Positions 9,601 to 17,405 are shown, numbered from the stretch's first letter. The stretch: DNA of 21,567 bases from Candidatus Parvarchaeum sp. (GCA_049965555.1 JBMFWF010000011.1:2085-23651); one strand, 5' to 3'. Program-made: numbers and translations. Notes: a model not told the origin generated them from the letters alone.

Positions 9601-12600
9601 TGGACAGGTATCTTATTCATGCCTTATTCCGATCAGGTAGCATTAAATTATAATAATCTACCGCATTACTCTCCTTCTTTAGCATCATTTCAGTTGGAAA
9701 AGCCTACCCTCAATCAGACTTCAGGTATATTCAACTACGAAGCATTTACGTATTTCGGAAGCGGAAGCGAAAATAATGTATTTAACAGTGTTTCAGACCT
9801 TTACAACTCACTTAATTCAACTGTGTCCTCCTTCCCAGTTGATCTTCCAAATAGTTCTCTTCCATTTAACTTATTTTCAAATTCAATTGTCAGTGATCCA
9901 TCTATACTAAGAATAGTAGGCACTGACACTTTTGTAAATTATTCAACATTTTCGAACAAATCATTTACATTTTCACTATTTAGTAAAGGTTCTCTTCAAT
10001 GTTCTGTAAGTGAATCAACATCTGCTAACGCAACCTTTGAATCGAATTCTTCACTTTCATCTTGTTTGAACAATGCTGTTATAAATAATTCATACGTAAA
10101 TATCTCATCTACATACGGGCCGTTCTTCGTCGATATGTACAATAATTCTAATTTAAACATGTCAAATGAAACTTACGGTGGAACCGTTCTTATGGCGGGT
10201 AATGAAACTTTATCGAAGCCTAAAAATGGTTTGTTCACAGTAACATTGCCTATAAATACTACAATTAAAAATGGAATTTCTTTGGTTTTCTCAGTTATAC
10301 CATTGAGCAGACATCTTTACAATTCAATGCTGTACCTTTACAACATAAATGGGACTCCATTTAATTGTAATATAGTAAATAACTATAACAATACAGGTAA
10401 TCTTGGAGTCACGTCTACAGGAAATGGTGAATATTTCTTGCCGAATGGAACTATCATGTGCAATTTGAGCAGTGACTTTACATATTTAAGAGCAGTATTT
10501 ATTAATCGGTCTAACGGCGCTTATTTAGGAAGTGGAGACATTCAATCTGGGTTATCGATACAAAATATAAGTGGGAATACTGGAAAAGGACTTTTAAAAA
10601 TTAGTTTGAATGGCGTTCCTGTAAATGCACAAGACCTTAGTATAACGCCTAATTCAAATAATGGCAATGATTGCAGCACAATAACAGATAAGGCAATTTA
10701 TAATGGGTTAGTTCAATATAATCCTGGTTGTAATCTATCTGAGGCATTAATAACGTTTGACTACAATAACAATGGAAGCTTAATACCTGAAGCAGCGTTT
10801 ATTTCGCCTGCAAATTACAATTCAAATTCAAAAAAGTTTTTATTCACTAATCCTTCAGCCATACAAGATTCTCCAATTGCAGAGTATAACCTTACAATTC
10901 CTAACACAGGCATAATGAATGGACCGATTCAATTTGTACTTTCAAATAATTTTGGAGGATGTAATAATGTAAGGGTTATAACTCAGGGTCCTTACCCCTA
11001 TGCAGAAGTTCCTTATCAAATAATTTCGTCTAGTTCACAGTCATGTTATTATGTCTTTATAGGAAACAGCGGCAATAAATATTCTGTATTTGAAAGCAAT
11101 TCTCCTTCAATTCCTTATAGTTCAAATTGGATAAGTTACAACAGTACACAATACAACGTTCATTTGTCTACAAGTTTATTCAATGCAAACCTTATAAGTA
11201 GCTGTCAGTCCGGTTTTGGGCCTTGTTTGGATTCTTTCTCTGTAGGAGGTAATGTACTGGGTAATTTACTATTTAACAATGTATCCACATCCTCTGCTAC
11301 AATAGCTCAGACTGCATCTGGACCTGTTGAGGATTGCTTTGCTGTAAGCTATTCATCTTCGCAGACCGTAGAGTTTCCCGAAAAAGGATTCGGAAATATA
11401 AACTACGCTAATAATAAAATTTATCAGACTGCAAGCCCTTCCCAATCAATAACAAGTACTTACTGCTTTTATAGAAATTCTCCGGTAATTACTGATTTAA
11501 TATCTGCTCAGGGTTCTCCTATAAATTTCAAAGTACAGAATGAGTTGATTTCAAATTTCTCATATCTTGAAGACAGTAATCATAATACATTTTATGTTCC
11601 ACCCGCAATAAAAGTGGGCTATAACGCATATAGCAAGGTGAATATTAGCACATTAAATCCTGTATACTACAATGCAACAACTGTTGACAACATACTAACT
11701 AAATGCATAAATTACACCTATATATCATCCAATCTTACCGATTTAAATACTAGCCAAATAACTGCAATAAATATCTCGTCAATTTCCTCTCCTATACAAG
11801 CAAATGATCTCTACTGTTTCAATGGAGGTACACCTTCCTTCACTAATCAATTTTCTCCAAGTTCAGTTAATAATATGAACTCTACTTCATCAGTCGGGTT
11901 TGCATATCAACCAGGAAATTATACAAATGGGATAGGAACTTTATATGAGTCCTGTCAAATTCATCCTGGCCTTTCTATCTCTGATTCCCCTGTCTTTTAT
12001 TTAAATGGTAAACAAGAACAGTATAATCCATCTAATACCGCAGAAAACTATACTATGAATCATTCTGCAGAGAATTCTGGCTTAGAGATGCTTTACAGTA
12101 AAAATGGAGGTGTTTTTATAAATAGTTGCCCTACTAACAGTACTATACTAAGTTATAGTACCTGTACAAAAGCTGTTGCAGTTATACCCTCAAATGGTTC
12201 TTATGATAGTATAGAAGCAATTCCTACTGGCAGCGATGGAAATCTTTCATTTGGAGGAGGTTGTTATATAGGTACACTAAACGGTGTATCCTACAGTTGT
12301 GCTCCAACTGATGGGGCCATTAATTATCACATTGCTTCTAAATCAGCTAATTCATTAAGCGTATCAGTTTCAAAAATAATACTGAATTCAACAGATGCAC
12401 CTACCTCTACATTTTCACCTTCATTTAATTGCAGGGTAAATGCCTCAAACACTTCGAAATTCCAGCTATCATCATGTAGTTATCCTAATAATAAAAATTC
12501 AGGCTTGTGCTCTGCAAATGTTTCTTATAAAAAGATAAACTCCACTGCATATAACATAACTGCAACATGTTCTGCTATTTCCAATAGTTCCTTTAAGGTA

Positions 12601-15600
12601 TCCTCTGCTGTAACAACGATAAGTAATCTTAATATTAATAGCTCACAATCGGAAAAAACCGGTTTGATATCAGATTTTATATGCGGAAATGAAACAAATG
12701 TTATAAACAATAATGTACTAAATGGTTGGAACTGGAAACCTTATTCTACGGCTGGAACCGTAAATCCAGTATCAACTACAAATCCTGCAGGCATTGCAGA
12801 AGTTGGAGGCTGCGAAGCAGGCAGAGATACCTTTGTAACAGCAAATCCAAATATAACTCTAAAGAAAAATGGAGATAATTTTCAGGAGTTTTATTCCTGT
12901 CAAAGTGGGTATACTGGCACTATAACCGCTTGCAGTCAAAAGACGACATTGCCAAGCATACTTAATTCAATTAGCTCAAATCAAAAATGTGCTTATACAA
13001 ACACTACTTTGATAAATACAACTATTAAAACAACTACGGTAAATGGAAATGGTACTGGCGGACAGGCAATCAGCTGCAATCCATTTAATAAAGCAGGGTA
13101 TTTGCAGCCAACTGTACAGGATAATTGTATTGCTTATCATGATCCTATAATAAATTCAACAACTTCATCATATGCGCTTCAATACATCAATTCAAGTAGT
13201 TTAGGCATAGGGATAGGCGTAATTGGAAATGAATATCCTGTTAATATTTCAATTCCAAATAACAAACAGCAAAATTCAATAAAGGATGCCTACTTTACTG
13301 GTTTATCAGAATCTCAGATAGAAGGACCCAACAATATACTCACTGATATATTGCCTACTTCTCTATTAGAATCTAACCTGCCAAGTAAAGCTTTGTCGAT
13401 TTCGGCAGCTTATTCATATGATATGCTTAACATACTAATGTTACAGAATCCCTCTCTCGGAGTAAGTGGAGTACCTGGCTTTATTAACGGCAGCATACTT
13501 GATTATGCTTTAAGCTTGTTCACTGGAGGAACATCTGGTAATTGCGCTCCTCCATATAATGTGAGCGGAGACGGTATATTTAAGTTAGGCGAAGGAATGC
13601 TTTGCTCCGGTAAAACCCTTCCCGCTAGTTACAAAGAAGGTGTTTTCCTTTCATTGGGAACTTTAAATGAAGGTTTGCATTCACTACAATTCTACAGCAT
13701 AGGGAATTCTACTAATGAAGCTCAGCCATCAGTTTCTGTCTTTGATAGTGTCGGTAATGCCGTTAATCTAAATAGCGCTTGTTCAAACGGTGATAATAGA
13801 GTTTTCACTTCTACTTATAATGGTGGAAAATGGAACTTTAATATTACTTCGGATCAGCAGTGCAACCCGATAAACAATCAGTTATATGGCTACATAGTAA
13901 ATTGTCTTTATCAAACACCTGGAAATAAAACTTATACAATAAGTTCGCAGTATTATCTTGCATATAATCTTCCAACGATATGGAATGTAAGCTACTCTCT
14001 ATTGGTATCACCAAAAAGCTATCAAGTTGTTCCTACTCCCGTTTATCAAATAAACTATTCCACAGGTTCAATACTTACATTACAACAGCCAAACAAAACG
14101 ATATTCATTGAAAAAGGCTTACCTAATGGATATAGATGGTATTTGGAATACAATGGGGTAAATAGGAGTTCTTCAAATAGTTTGTTATACTTCTACTCAA
14201 CTGGTAAAAGCTCATTTAAAGTATATACTCTGTCAAATACGTCCAAAACTTCCGATTGTTATACTACGTATACTCCTTCACCTTCATTTGGAAGTGTAAC
14301 TTCAGGTACAACAACATATATACAGTTTAGTGGTGTTACAACTTGTTATAGTTACTTTAAACAAATTGGTTTACCAAAAGGGTTAAATTGGAATGTTACC
14401 TATAACGACATACTAGGAAGTACTTCTATGCCAAAACCCTCAAGCTCGAATTCTGGTGGCTCCGCGAACTCTAATAACAATTCAGCTATAGAATTTATAA
14501 CTAGTGATCAAGGTGGATACGAAGGCAATTTCTCATTTTATGTTTCTGATGTTAAGACTTCGGCAGCATGTACAAAGGTGTATGAACCTTCTCCTTCTTC
14601 AGGTTATCTTCTGGCTGGAACAAATGAAAGCGTAACGTTTTCACTTAGTTCAGACACATGTGTAACAACATTTACAGAAAGCGGTTTACCGACTAATAAA
14701 GAATGGAAGGTTGATTATAATGATACTACAAAGACGGCCACCATATCTACTATAACTTTTACAACTGGTCCAGGTTCATTGCCTTATTCTGTATCTTCCT
14801 TTTCTAATTCATCTGCGCATTGCACTACTAGCTATACTGCTTCTCCTTCTTCTGGTAATTTCAATGCGGGTAATTCATTATTCATACATTTCTCTTCAGA
14901 GACTTCTTGTACCACTACATTTTCCGAAACCAACTTACCTTCAGGTCAAACATGGTATGTTACTTATAATAACAATCAGAAAACTGCTACAGCTCCGAAT
15001 GAAATAATCTTCAAGACGACCGTTTCTGGTAACAGTATCCCTTCATACTCTTATTCTGTTAGCAGTATTACTATTCACTCTTCTTCACTAGATTGTTCTA
15101 CTACCTATTCTCCATATCCTTCCTCATCTAATGTTCTGGCAGGCTCCGACATAATTATACCTTTCAGTTCATCTACCTCCTGTACAACAACATTCGATAA
15201 TTCTGAATTGAATTCTGGGTATAATTGGGAAGTAATAGATGACAATAGCGGACAATCAGCTAGTAATCCTACAAGCAAGAATATTCAATTGACCACGGGT
15301 GGCGGATCTTTCACTTATTCTGCTTATATAACGACAAGCGGAATCAACTGTTATTCAGTTTCTACTGTAACGGCAGGATCTACTATATCCCCTTCATTTA
15401 ACTGTATTACCGAGTTTTATGTTTCAAGCTACCATAGTGTAGATTCGGGCTCGTCATGGACGGTTACTTGGGGAGGTGCTTCAGTGAGTGAACCAAGTCC
15501 AAGCGATCCAATATTCTTTTCTACTACTTCTTCTTCAACTAATAAGATTCCTTTCAGTGCTACATTCTCTGTTAGTGATATTGGAACTTGGACAGAATAT

Positions 15601-15666
15601 CCTCATCCGGGATCTGGTAGCTTAGTAAGTGGTGAAACACAGGCGATTTGGTATGGATATAGTTAA
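6640..15666 (+). CDS. Giant (3008 aa) N-terminally anchored Cys-rich surface glycoprotein / putative adhesin
   Basis: An uninterrupted 9-kb ORF. It has one N-terminal hydrophobic helix (VSMICFITIFSLLIAY) and no C-terminal TM. It is very S/N/T/Y-rich with dense N-x-S/T sequons and about 60 Cys by manual count. It contains a CARDB-like motif VITVKNVG and six C-terminal repeats. Confidence 0.88.
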   Translation: MDKLKTLVEVSMICFITIFSLLIAYRGVTILSNNNYPGVNTNSSLQAITTTSTPNPLLDSVSNYGNSDPSSLITSNEYVSYSSSPNTNFWFNEKFYPGNVVSSSGSYSCTAVNQIIAPHLCWSLFTLFSCAGGPENSTFTNLVGYLGFPQQDNNFPNNGGINYSNLYSATSNATGSSQNVYQLPSSEFPYQNFINWSDSTIHAYSSFPNYIYAINNSFTGYTNIAGSIPTSTLIIPAVSCGSTFINNYIDYPGFVGTLYNISTLSGFTPSVFIASPNENGYGADYAFGYILTLGGDPWADSFNSLLAYQIQSINPAFNYTMPSVDYAQFPNGNKGDEQYLNVSTSFLTPLLMSYYDSGNSSPVELYVSNKGVSSIVTVSSSSLECTEIGPHGSCLRYGQDLFTTQSADTFTSPDLEGAYYPNYGNGIYLKFRTDGIFPICAWNSSIDNTLSSCTFENPATINNISYERLWLSNNLKNNQLFDTPFTPGYSASSPLNNFTLTALNSFCFYGESFNTNNGVYTSPSYTRIIPPTEFENYTAAIGTCNAFFNNTNCFSKTASQYLNFEDGIFANNIKCTPTGIHAQNVTDAWINSIYVANDAGDYCGLFKGQKNPSNPEANSTIFLQNISTNCPEFNAKSSSVNLVITVKNVGNTKITDPYLVALYGNNNISNIFYNSQNSQSINYQLYQGFLSSMAATTGVIQVDYNNNFDTNMYVFDQGHPLNPIPIETLFSSVNSYENGPFNNSLLGMWIYDQGSGVPNNVIRTANTFLVHSDSDSSNVPVIQPNGTATFTLQVPMSLFNALLSGKYNLSVFFGNTFNVTWDGSNSPSSSLASGIPVQVNPLVPSSTENVSMIHNNEIITNNGGVVSPIWQYIVSYNFNFTNSPIRGVGIYTDNLAINLSSVNSTSNALNVTVNPSIFVVNGSGDYKLGLSQLKGSSISCFASPDNVQDFGVFWSKQIVSPSNLEYALSNSLYNENAKQASNVLITRWTGILFMPYSDQVALNYNNLPHYSPSLASFQLEKPTLNQTSGIFNYEAFTYFGSGSENNVFNSVSDLYNSLNSTVSSFPVDLPNSSLPFNLFSNSIVSDPSILRIVGTDTFVNYSTFSNKSFTFSLFSKGSLQCSVSESTSANATFESNSSLSSCLNNAVINNSYVNISSTYGPFFVDMYNNSNLNMSNETYGGTVLMAGNETLSKPKNGLFTVTLPINTTIKNGISLVFSVIPLSRHLYNSMLYLYNINGTPFNCNIVNNYNNTGNLGVTSTGNGEYFLPNGTIMCNLSSDFTYLRAVFINRSNGAYLGSGDIQSGLSIQNISGNTGKGLLKISLNGVPVNAQDLSITPNSNNGNDCSTITDKAIYNGLVQYNPGCNLSEALITFDYNNNGSLIPEAAFISPANYNSNSKKFLFTNPSAIQDSPIAEYNLTIPNTGIMNGPIQFVLSNNFGGCNNVRVITQGPYPYAEVPYQIISSSSQSCYYVFIGNSGNKYSVFESNSPSIPYSSNWISYNSTQYNVHLSTSLFNANLISSCQSGFGPCLDSFSVGGNVLGNLLFNNVSTSSATIAQTASGPVEDCFAVSYSSSQTVEFPEKGFGNINYANNKIYQTASPSQSITSTYCFYRNSPVITDLISAQGSPINFKVQNELISNFSYLEDSNHNTFYVPPAIKVGYNAYSKVNISTLNPVYYNATTVDNILTKCINYTYISSNLTDLNTSQITAINISSISSPIQANDLYCFNGGTPSFTNQFSPSSVNNMNSTSSVGFAYQPGNYTNGIGTLYESCQIHPGLSISDSPVFYLNGKQEQYNPSNTAENYTMNHSAENSGLEMLYSKNGGVFINSCPTNSTILSYSTCTKAVAVIPSNGSYDSIEAIPTGSDGNLSFGGGCYIGTLNGVSYSCAPTDGAINYHIASKSANSLSVSVSKIILNSTDAPTSTFSPSFNCRVNASNTSKFQLSSCSYPNNKNSGLCSANVSYKKINSTAYNITATCSAISNSSFKVSSAVTTISNLNINSSQSEKTGLISDFICGNETNVINNNVLNGWNWKPYSTAGTVNPVSTTNPAGIAEVGGCEAGRDTFVTANPNITLKKNGDNFQEFYSCQSGYTGTITACSQKTTLPSILNSISSNQKCAYTNTTLINTTIKTTTVNGNGTGGQAISCNPFNKAGYLQPTVQDNCIAYHDPIINSTTSSYALQYINSSSLGIGIGVIGNEYPVNISIPNNKQQNSIKDAYFTGLSESQIEGPNNILTDILPTSLLESNLPSKALSISAAYSYDMLNILMLQNPSLGVSGVPGFINGSILDYALSLFTGGTSGNCAPPYNVSGDGIFKLGEGMLCSGKTLPASYKEGVFLSLGTLNEGLHSLQFYSIGNSTNEAQPSVSVFDSVGNAVNLNSACSNGDNRVFTSTYNGGKWNFNITSDQQCNPINNQLYGYIVNCLYQTPGNKTYTISSQYYLAYNLPTIWNVSYSLLVSPKSYQVVPTPVYQINYSTGSILTLQQPNKTIFIEKGLPNGYRWYLEYNGVNRSSSNSLLYFYSTGKSSFKVYTLSNTSKTSDCYTTYTPSPSFGSVTSGTTTYIQFSGVTTCYSYFKQIGLPKGLNWNVTYNDILGSTSMPKPSSSNSGGSANSNNNSAIEFITSDQGGYEGNFSFYVSDVKTSAACTKVYEPSPSSGYLLAGTNESVTFSLSSDTCVTTFTESGLPTNKEWKVDYNDTTKTATISTITFTTGPGSLPYSVSSFSNSSAHCTTSYTASPSSGNFNAGNSLFIHFSSETSCTTTFSETNLPSGQTWYVTYNNNQKTATAPNEIIFKTTVSGNSIPSYSYSVSSITIHSSSLDCSTTYSPYPSSSNVLAGSDIIIPFSSSTSCTTTFDNSELNSGYNWEVIDDNSGQSASNPTSKNIQLTTGGGSFTYSAYITTSGINCYSVSTVTAGSTISPSFNCITEFYVSSYHSVDSGSSWTVTWGGASVSEPSPSDPIFFSTTSSSTNKIPFSATFSVSDIGTWTEYPHPGSGSLVSGETQAIWYGYS
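14095..15663 (+). repeat. Six degenerate tandem protein repeats (~75-105 aa; consensus TF.E.GLP.G..W.V.YN...I.F......F.V.....C...Y.PSPSSG...AG....F....C)
   Basis: Units start near 14095 (FIEKGLPNGYRWYLEYNG), 14347 (FKQIGLPKGLNWNVTYND), 14662 (FTESGLPTNKEWKVDYND), 14911 (FSETNLPSGQTWYVTYNN), 15184 (FDNSELNSGYNWEVIDD) and 15406 (FYVSSYHSVDSGSSWTVTWGG). The units are diverged at DNA level. Confidence 0.88.
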
Positions 15667-15690
15667 TATAATTAAAAGTGTTATAGTTTT

Positions 15691-15698
15691 AGGGAGGA
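15691..15698 (+). promoter_or_regulatory. Shine-Dalgarno-like ribosome binding site
   Basis: AGGGAGGA, with the GGAGG core ending 5 nt before the ATG at 15703. Confidence 0.6.
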
Positions 15699-15702
15699 TA
15701 CA

Positions 15703-16269
15703 ATGAAAAAATACGGCCTTTTAATTTTAGTCATAATAGTAATTTTTATTCTGGCTGCATTATACATGCATTTTCATTTTAATGAGCCTGCAAACAAGTC
15801 ATTTAATCTTGATGGCATTTACTTTCAGTATCCTTTGAATTGGACATTGGTTAAATATCATTATAATCCTGCATCTAACCAAACTTTTAGTGCATTGCTT
15901 ATGCCTACTTATCTTGTAAACTCTTTAGTTTATTCAAATGGTTCATTAATCTCAACGCCTAATGTAACAACATTCTCGGAGATTTCTATAACTATACTTA
16001 GTAACATAAGTATGATTAGTCTTAGTAGACTCTTTATCTTCAATGAATCATATGTACTAAATAATATTACGCTTGCTGGGTTCCCCGGCGTCGAAGGAAT
16101 AGAATACATAAACGGTTCACTTTCTATACCACCAAGCAAATCAATAACTTATATATCGGATGGAAATAACATTGGCTACTCTCTGGGCGCTTTTTATTCT
16201 AATAATCTGAATAAAACAACTTACTCTGCGATTGACTACATTCTAAAAACATTAAAATATACTCCTTAA
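15703..16269 (+). CDS. Membrane-anchored PsbP/Mog1/DcrB-like fold protein
   Basis: MKK plus a hydrophobic anchor, then GIYFQYPLNW (F.YP..W motif), NITLAGFPG, a YSL strand and a C-terminal helix IDYILKTLK. This motif order is typical of PsbP-related proteins. Confidence 0.7.
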   Translation: MKKYGLLILVIIVIFILAALYMHFHFNEPANKSFNLDGIYFQYPLNWTLVKYHYNPASNQTFSALLMPTYLVNSLVYSNGSLISTPNVTTFSEISITILSNISMISLSRLFIFNESYVLNNITLAGFPGVEGIEYINGSLSIPPSKSITYISDGNNIGYSLGAFYSNNLNKTTYSAIDYILKTLKYTP

Positions 16270-16278
16270 TTATAATTT

Positions 16279-16773
16279 ATGGAAATTAATAATATAAAAG
16301 AAATCGAAATAAAAGATCTTAAAGAAACTAATGTGATTGTAGGTCAAGCTCATTTTATAAAAACCCTAGAGGATGTTTATGAAGCTTTGATAACCTCCTC
16401 TCCTGGGATAAGATTTGGAATAGCATTTAATGAAGCATCCGGCGACCGGCTAATAAGAAAAGATGGCAATGATGAAGAGCTTATAAAGAAAAGCGTTGAA
16501 ATCGCTGAAAGGATAGGCGCTGGACATTCTTTCGTGGTTTTGTTGAAAAATGCATATCCGATAAACGTTTTGAATAGATTGAAACAGGTAATGGAAGTTG
16601 TGAATATCTACGCAGCGACTGCAAATCCGTTGAAAGTTATAGTTTATGATGATGGTGATGAAGGAAGGGCAATAATAGGAGTTATAGATGGCAAAAAGCC
16701 TCTAGGTGTAGAAAACGATGAAGACAAACAGAAAAGACATAAATTTTTGAGAGATATCGGCTATAAGAGGTAA
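16279..16773 (+). CDS. Adenosine-specific kinase family protein (DUF355 / Adenosine_kin)
   Basis: Family motifs [55 protein letters not shown] and C-terminal FLRDIGYKR; 164 aa. Confidence 0.92.
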   Translation: MEINNIKEIEIKDLKETNVIVGQAHFIKTLEDVYEALITSSPGIRFGIAFNEASGDRLIRKDGNDEELIKKSVEIAERIGAGHSFVVLLKNAYPINVLNRLKQVMEVVNIYAATANPLKVIVYDDGDEGRAIIGVIDGKKPLGVENDEDKQKRHKFLRDIGYKR

Positions 16774-16778
16774 AATTA

Positions 16779-16786
16779 TTATATTA
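16779..16786 (+). promoter_or_regulatory. Putative archaeal TATA box for the tRNA gene
   Basis: TTATATTA about 35-40 nt upstream of the mature tRNA 5' end. The AT-rich background makes this weak. Confidence 0.35.
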
Positions 16787-16819
16787 TCTTTGTATGATAA
16801 GTTTTGAAACATCAAAATA

Positions 16820-16891
16820 GTCGGGGTAGTACAGCGGTAGTACGCCGCCCTCATGAGGCGGAGGTCGTGGGTTCAAATCCCATCCCCGACA
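16820..16891 (+). tRNA. tRNA with CAT anticodon, most likely elongator tRNA-Met; no intron, CCA not encoded
   Basis: Full cloverleaf: acceptor GTCGGGG/CCCCGAC, D-stem GTAC/GTAC, anticodon stem CCGCC/GGCGG with loop CT-CAT-GA (anticodon 16852-16854), T-arm GTGGG-TTCAAAT-CCCAT, discriminator A. It lacks the A1:U72 pair and the three consecutive G:C pairs of archaeal initiator tRNA. Confidence 0.95.
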
Positions 16892-16903
16892 TTTTTATTC
16901 TTT
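16892..16903 (+). terminator. Putative oligo-T terminator after the tRNA
   Basis: TTTTTATTCTTT immediately 3' of the discriminator base. Confidence 0.4.
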
Positions 16904-16920
16904 GAATTACATTAATTTGC

Positions 16921-17337
16921 ATGGAATACGCATTTTTTTGGGGATTAGTGACCGGCTTAATAACAATTTCCATTATTTCTTTCTTTGTACTAAAATACCT
17001 TCTAAAGAAGAAAATAGATCAGTGGGAGAAATATGAGATGCAGAAAGCTCTTGAAAAGACGGTTAATCTGCAAAGGCCTATATTGAAGGGCAGGATAAGC
17101 GAGCAGCTTTTTCCGGTTTTATACCAAAAAGAGGGAGATCTATCGGATTTAAGATTTTTAGGCAATCCTGTAGATTATATAAAATTTGAAGGGCTTTCAA
17201 ATTTAAGCGAGACGGGAAAAGTAAAAATAAAATTCATAGAAATAAAAACGGGCAATGCAAAATTAAATAAGAATGAAGAAGCAGTTAAAAAGGCAGTTGA
17301 GGATAAAGAAGTGTATTGGGAAGAAATAACTATTTAG
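16921..17337 (+). CDS. Holliday junction resolvase-like PD-(D/E)xK endonuclease (Endonuc_Holl family) with N-terminal TM helix
   Basis: ILKGRISEQLFP, RFLGNPVDYIKFEGL and IKFIEIKTGNAKL..NE..VKKAVE match the family. The first ~28 residues are hydrophobic. Confidence 0.85.
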   Translation: MEYAFFWGLVTGLITISIISFFVLKYLLKKKIDQWEKYEMQKALEKTVNLQRPILKGRISEQLFPVLYQKEGDLSDLRFLGNPVDYIKFEGLSNLSETGKVKIKFIEIKTGNAKLNKNEEAVKKAVEDKEVYWEEITI

Positions 17338-17366
17338 TAATAGTTATTAATTTATATAATATCCCC

Positions 17367-17384
17367 TTTATAAGCGTTTAAATT
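17367..17384 (+). promoter_or_regulatory. Putative TATA element(s) for a leaderless acd transcript
   Basis: TTTATAAG (17367) and TTTAAATT (17377), the latter ending ~22 nt before ATG 17406. No SD is present. Confidence 0.4.
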
Positions 17385-17405
17385 TTAGAACCTCCATAGT
17401 ATAAT

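Noticed and set aside
10879-11190. Second DUF2341-like module in the giant protein (YNLTIP...NNVRVI...EVPYQI...YVFIG...YSVF)
   Set aside because: The spacing is suggestive but the diagnostic W..V and YYGN residues are missing, so it is too weak to call without a profile search.
14095-15663. CRISPR array or diversity-generating retroelement VR/TR pair in the repeat region
   Set aside because: The repeats are in-frame, degenerate protein repeats. There are no identical direct repeats with spacers, no adenine-specific near-duplicate, and no reverse transcriptase or cas gene.
1-16270. Compositional contrast (T/pyrimidine-richer left part versus purine-rich right part) as a sign of a genomic island
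   Set aside because: It is explained by amino-acid composition, Ser/Thr/Asn/Tyr-rich secreted proteins versus Lys/Glu-rich cytoplasmic ones. There are no mobility genes or boundary repeats.
16820-17337. tRNA as an integration site for a mobile element carrying the nuclease or the surface cluster
   Set aside because: No integrase or transposase is present and I found no duplicated tRNA 3' end (att) in the window. The flanks are housekeeping genes.
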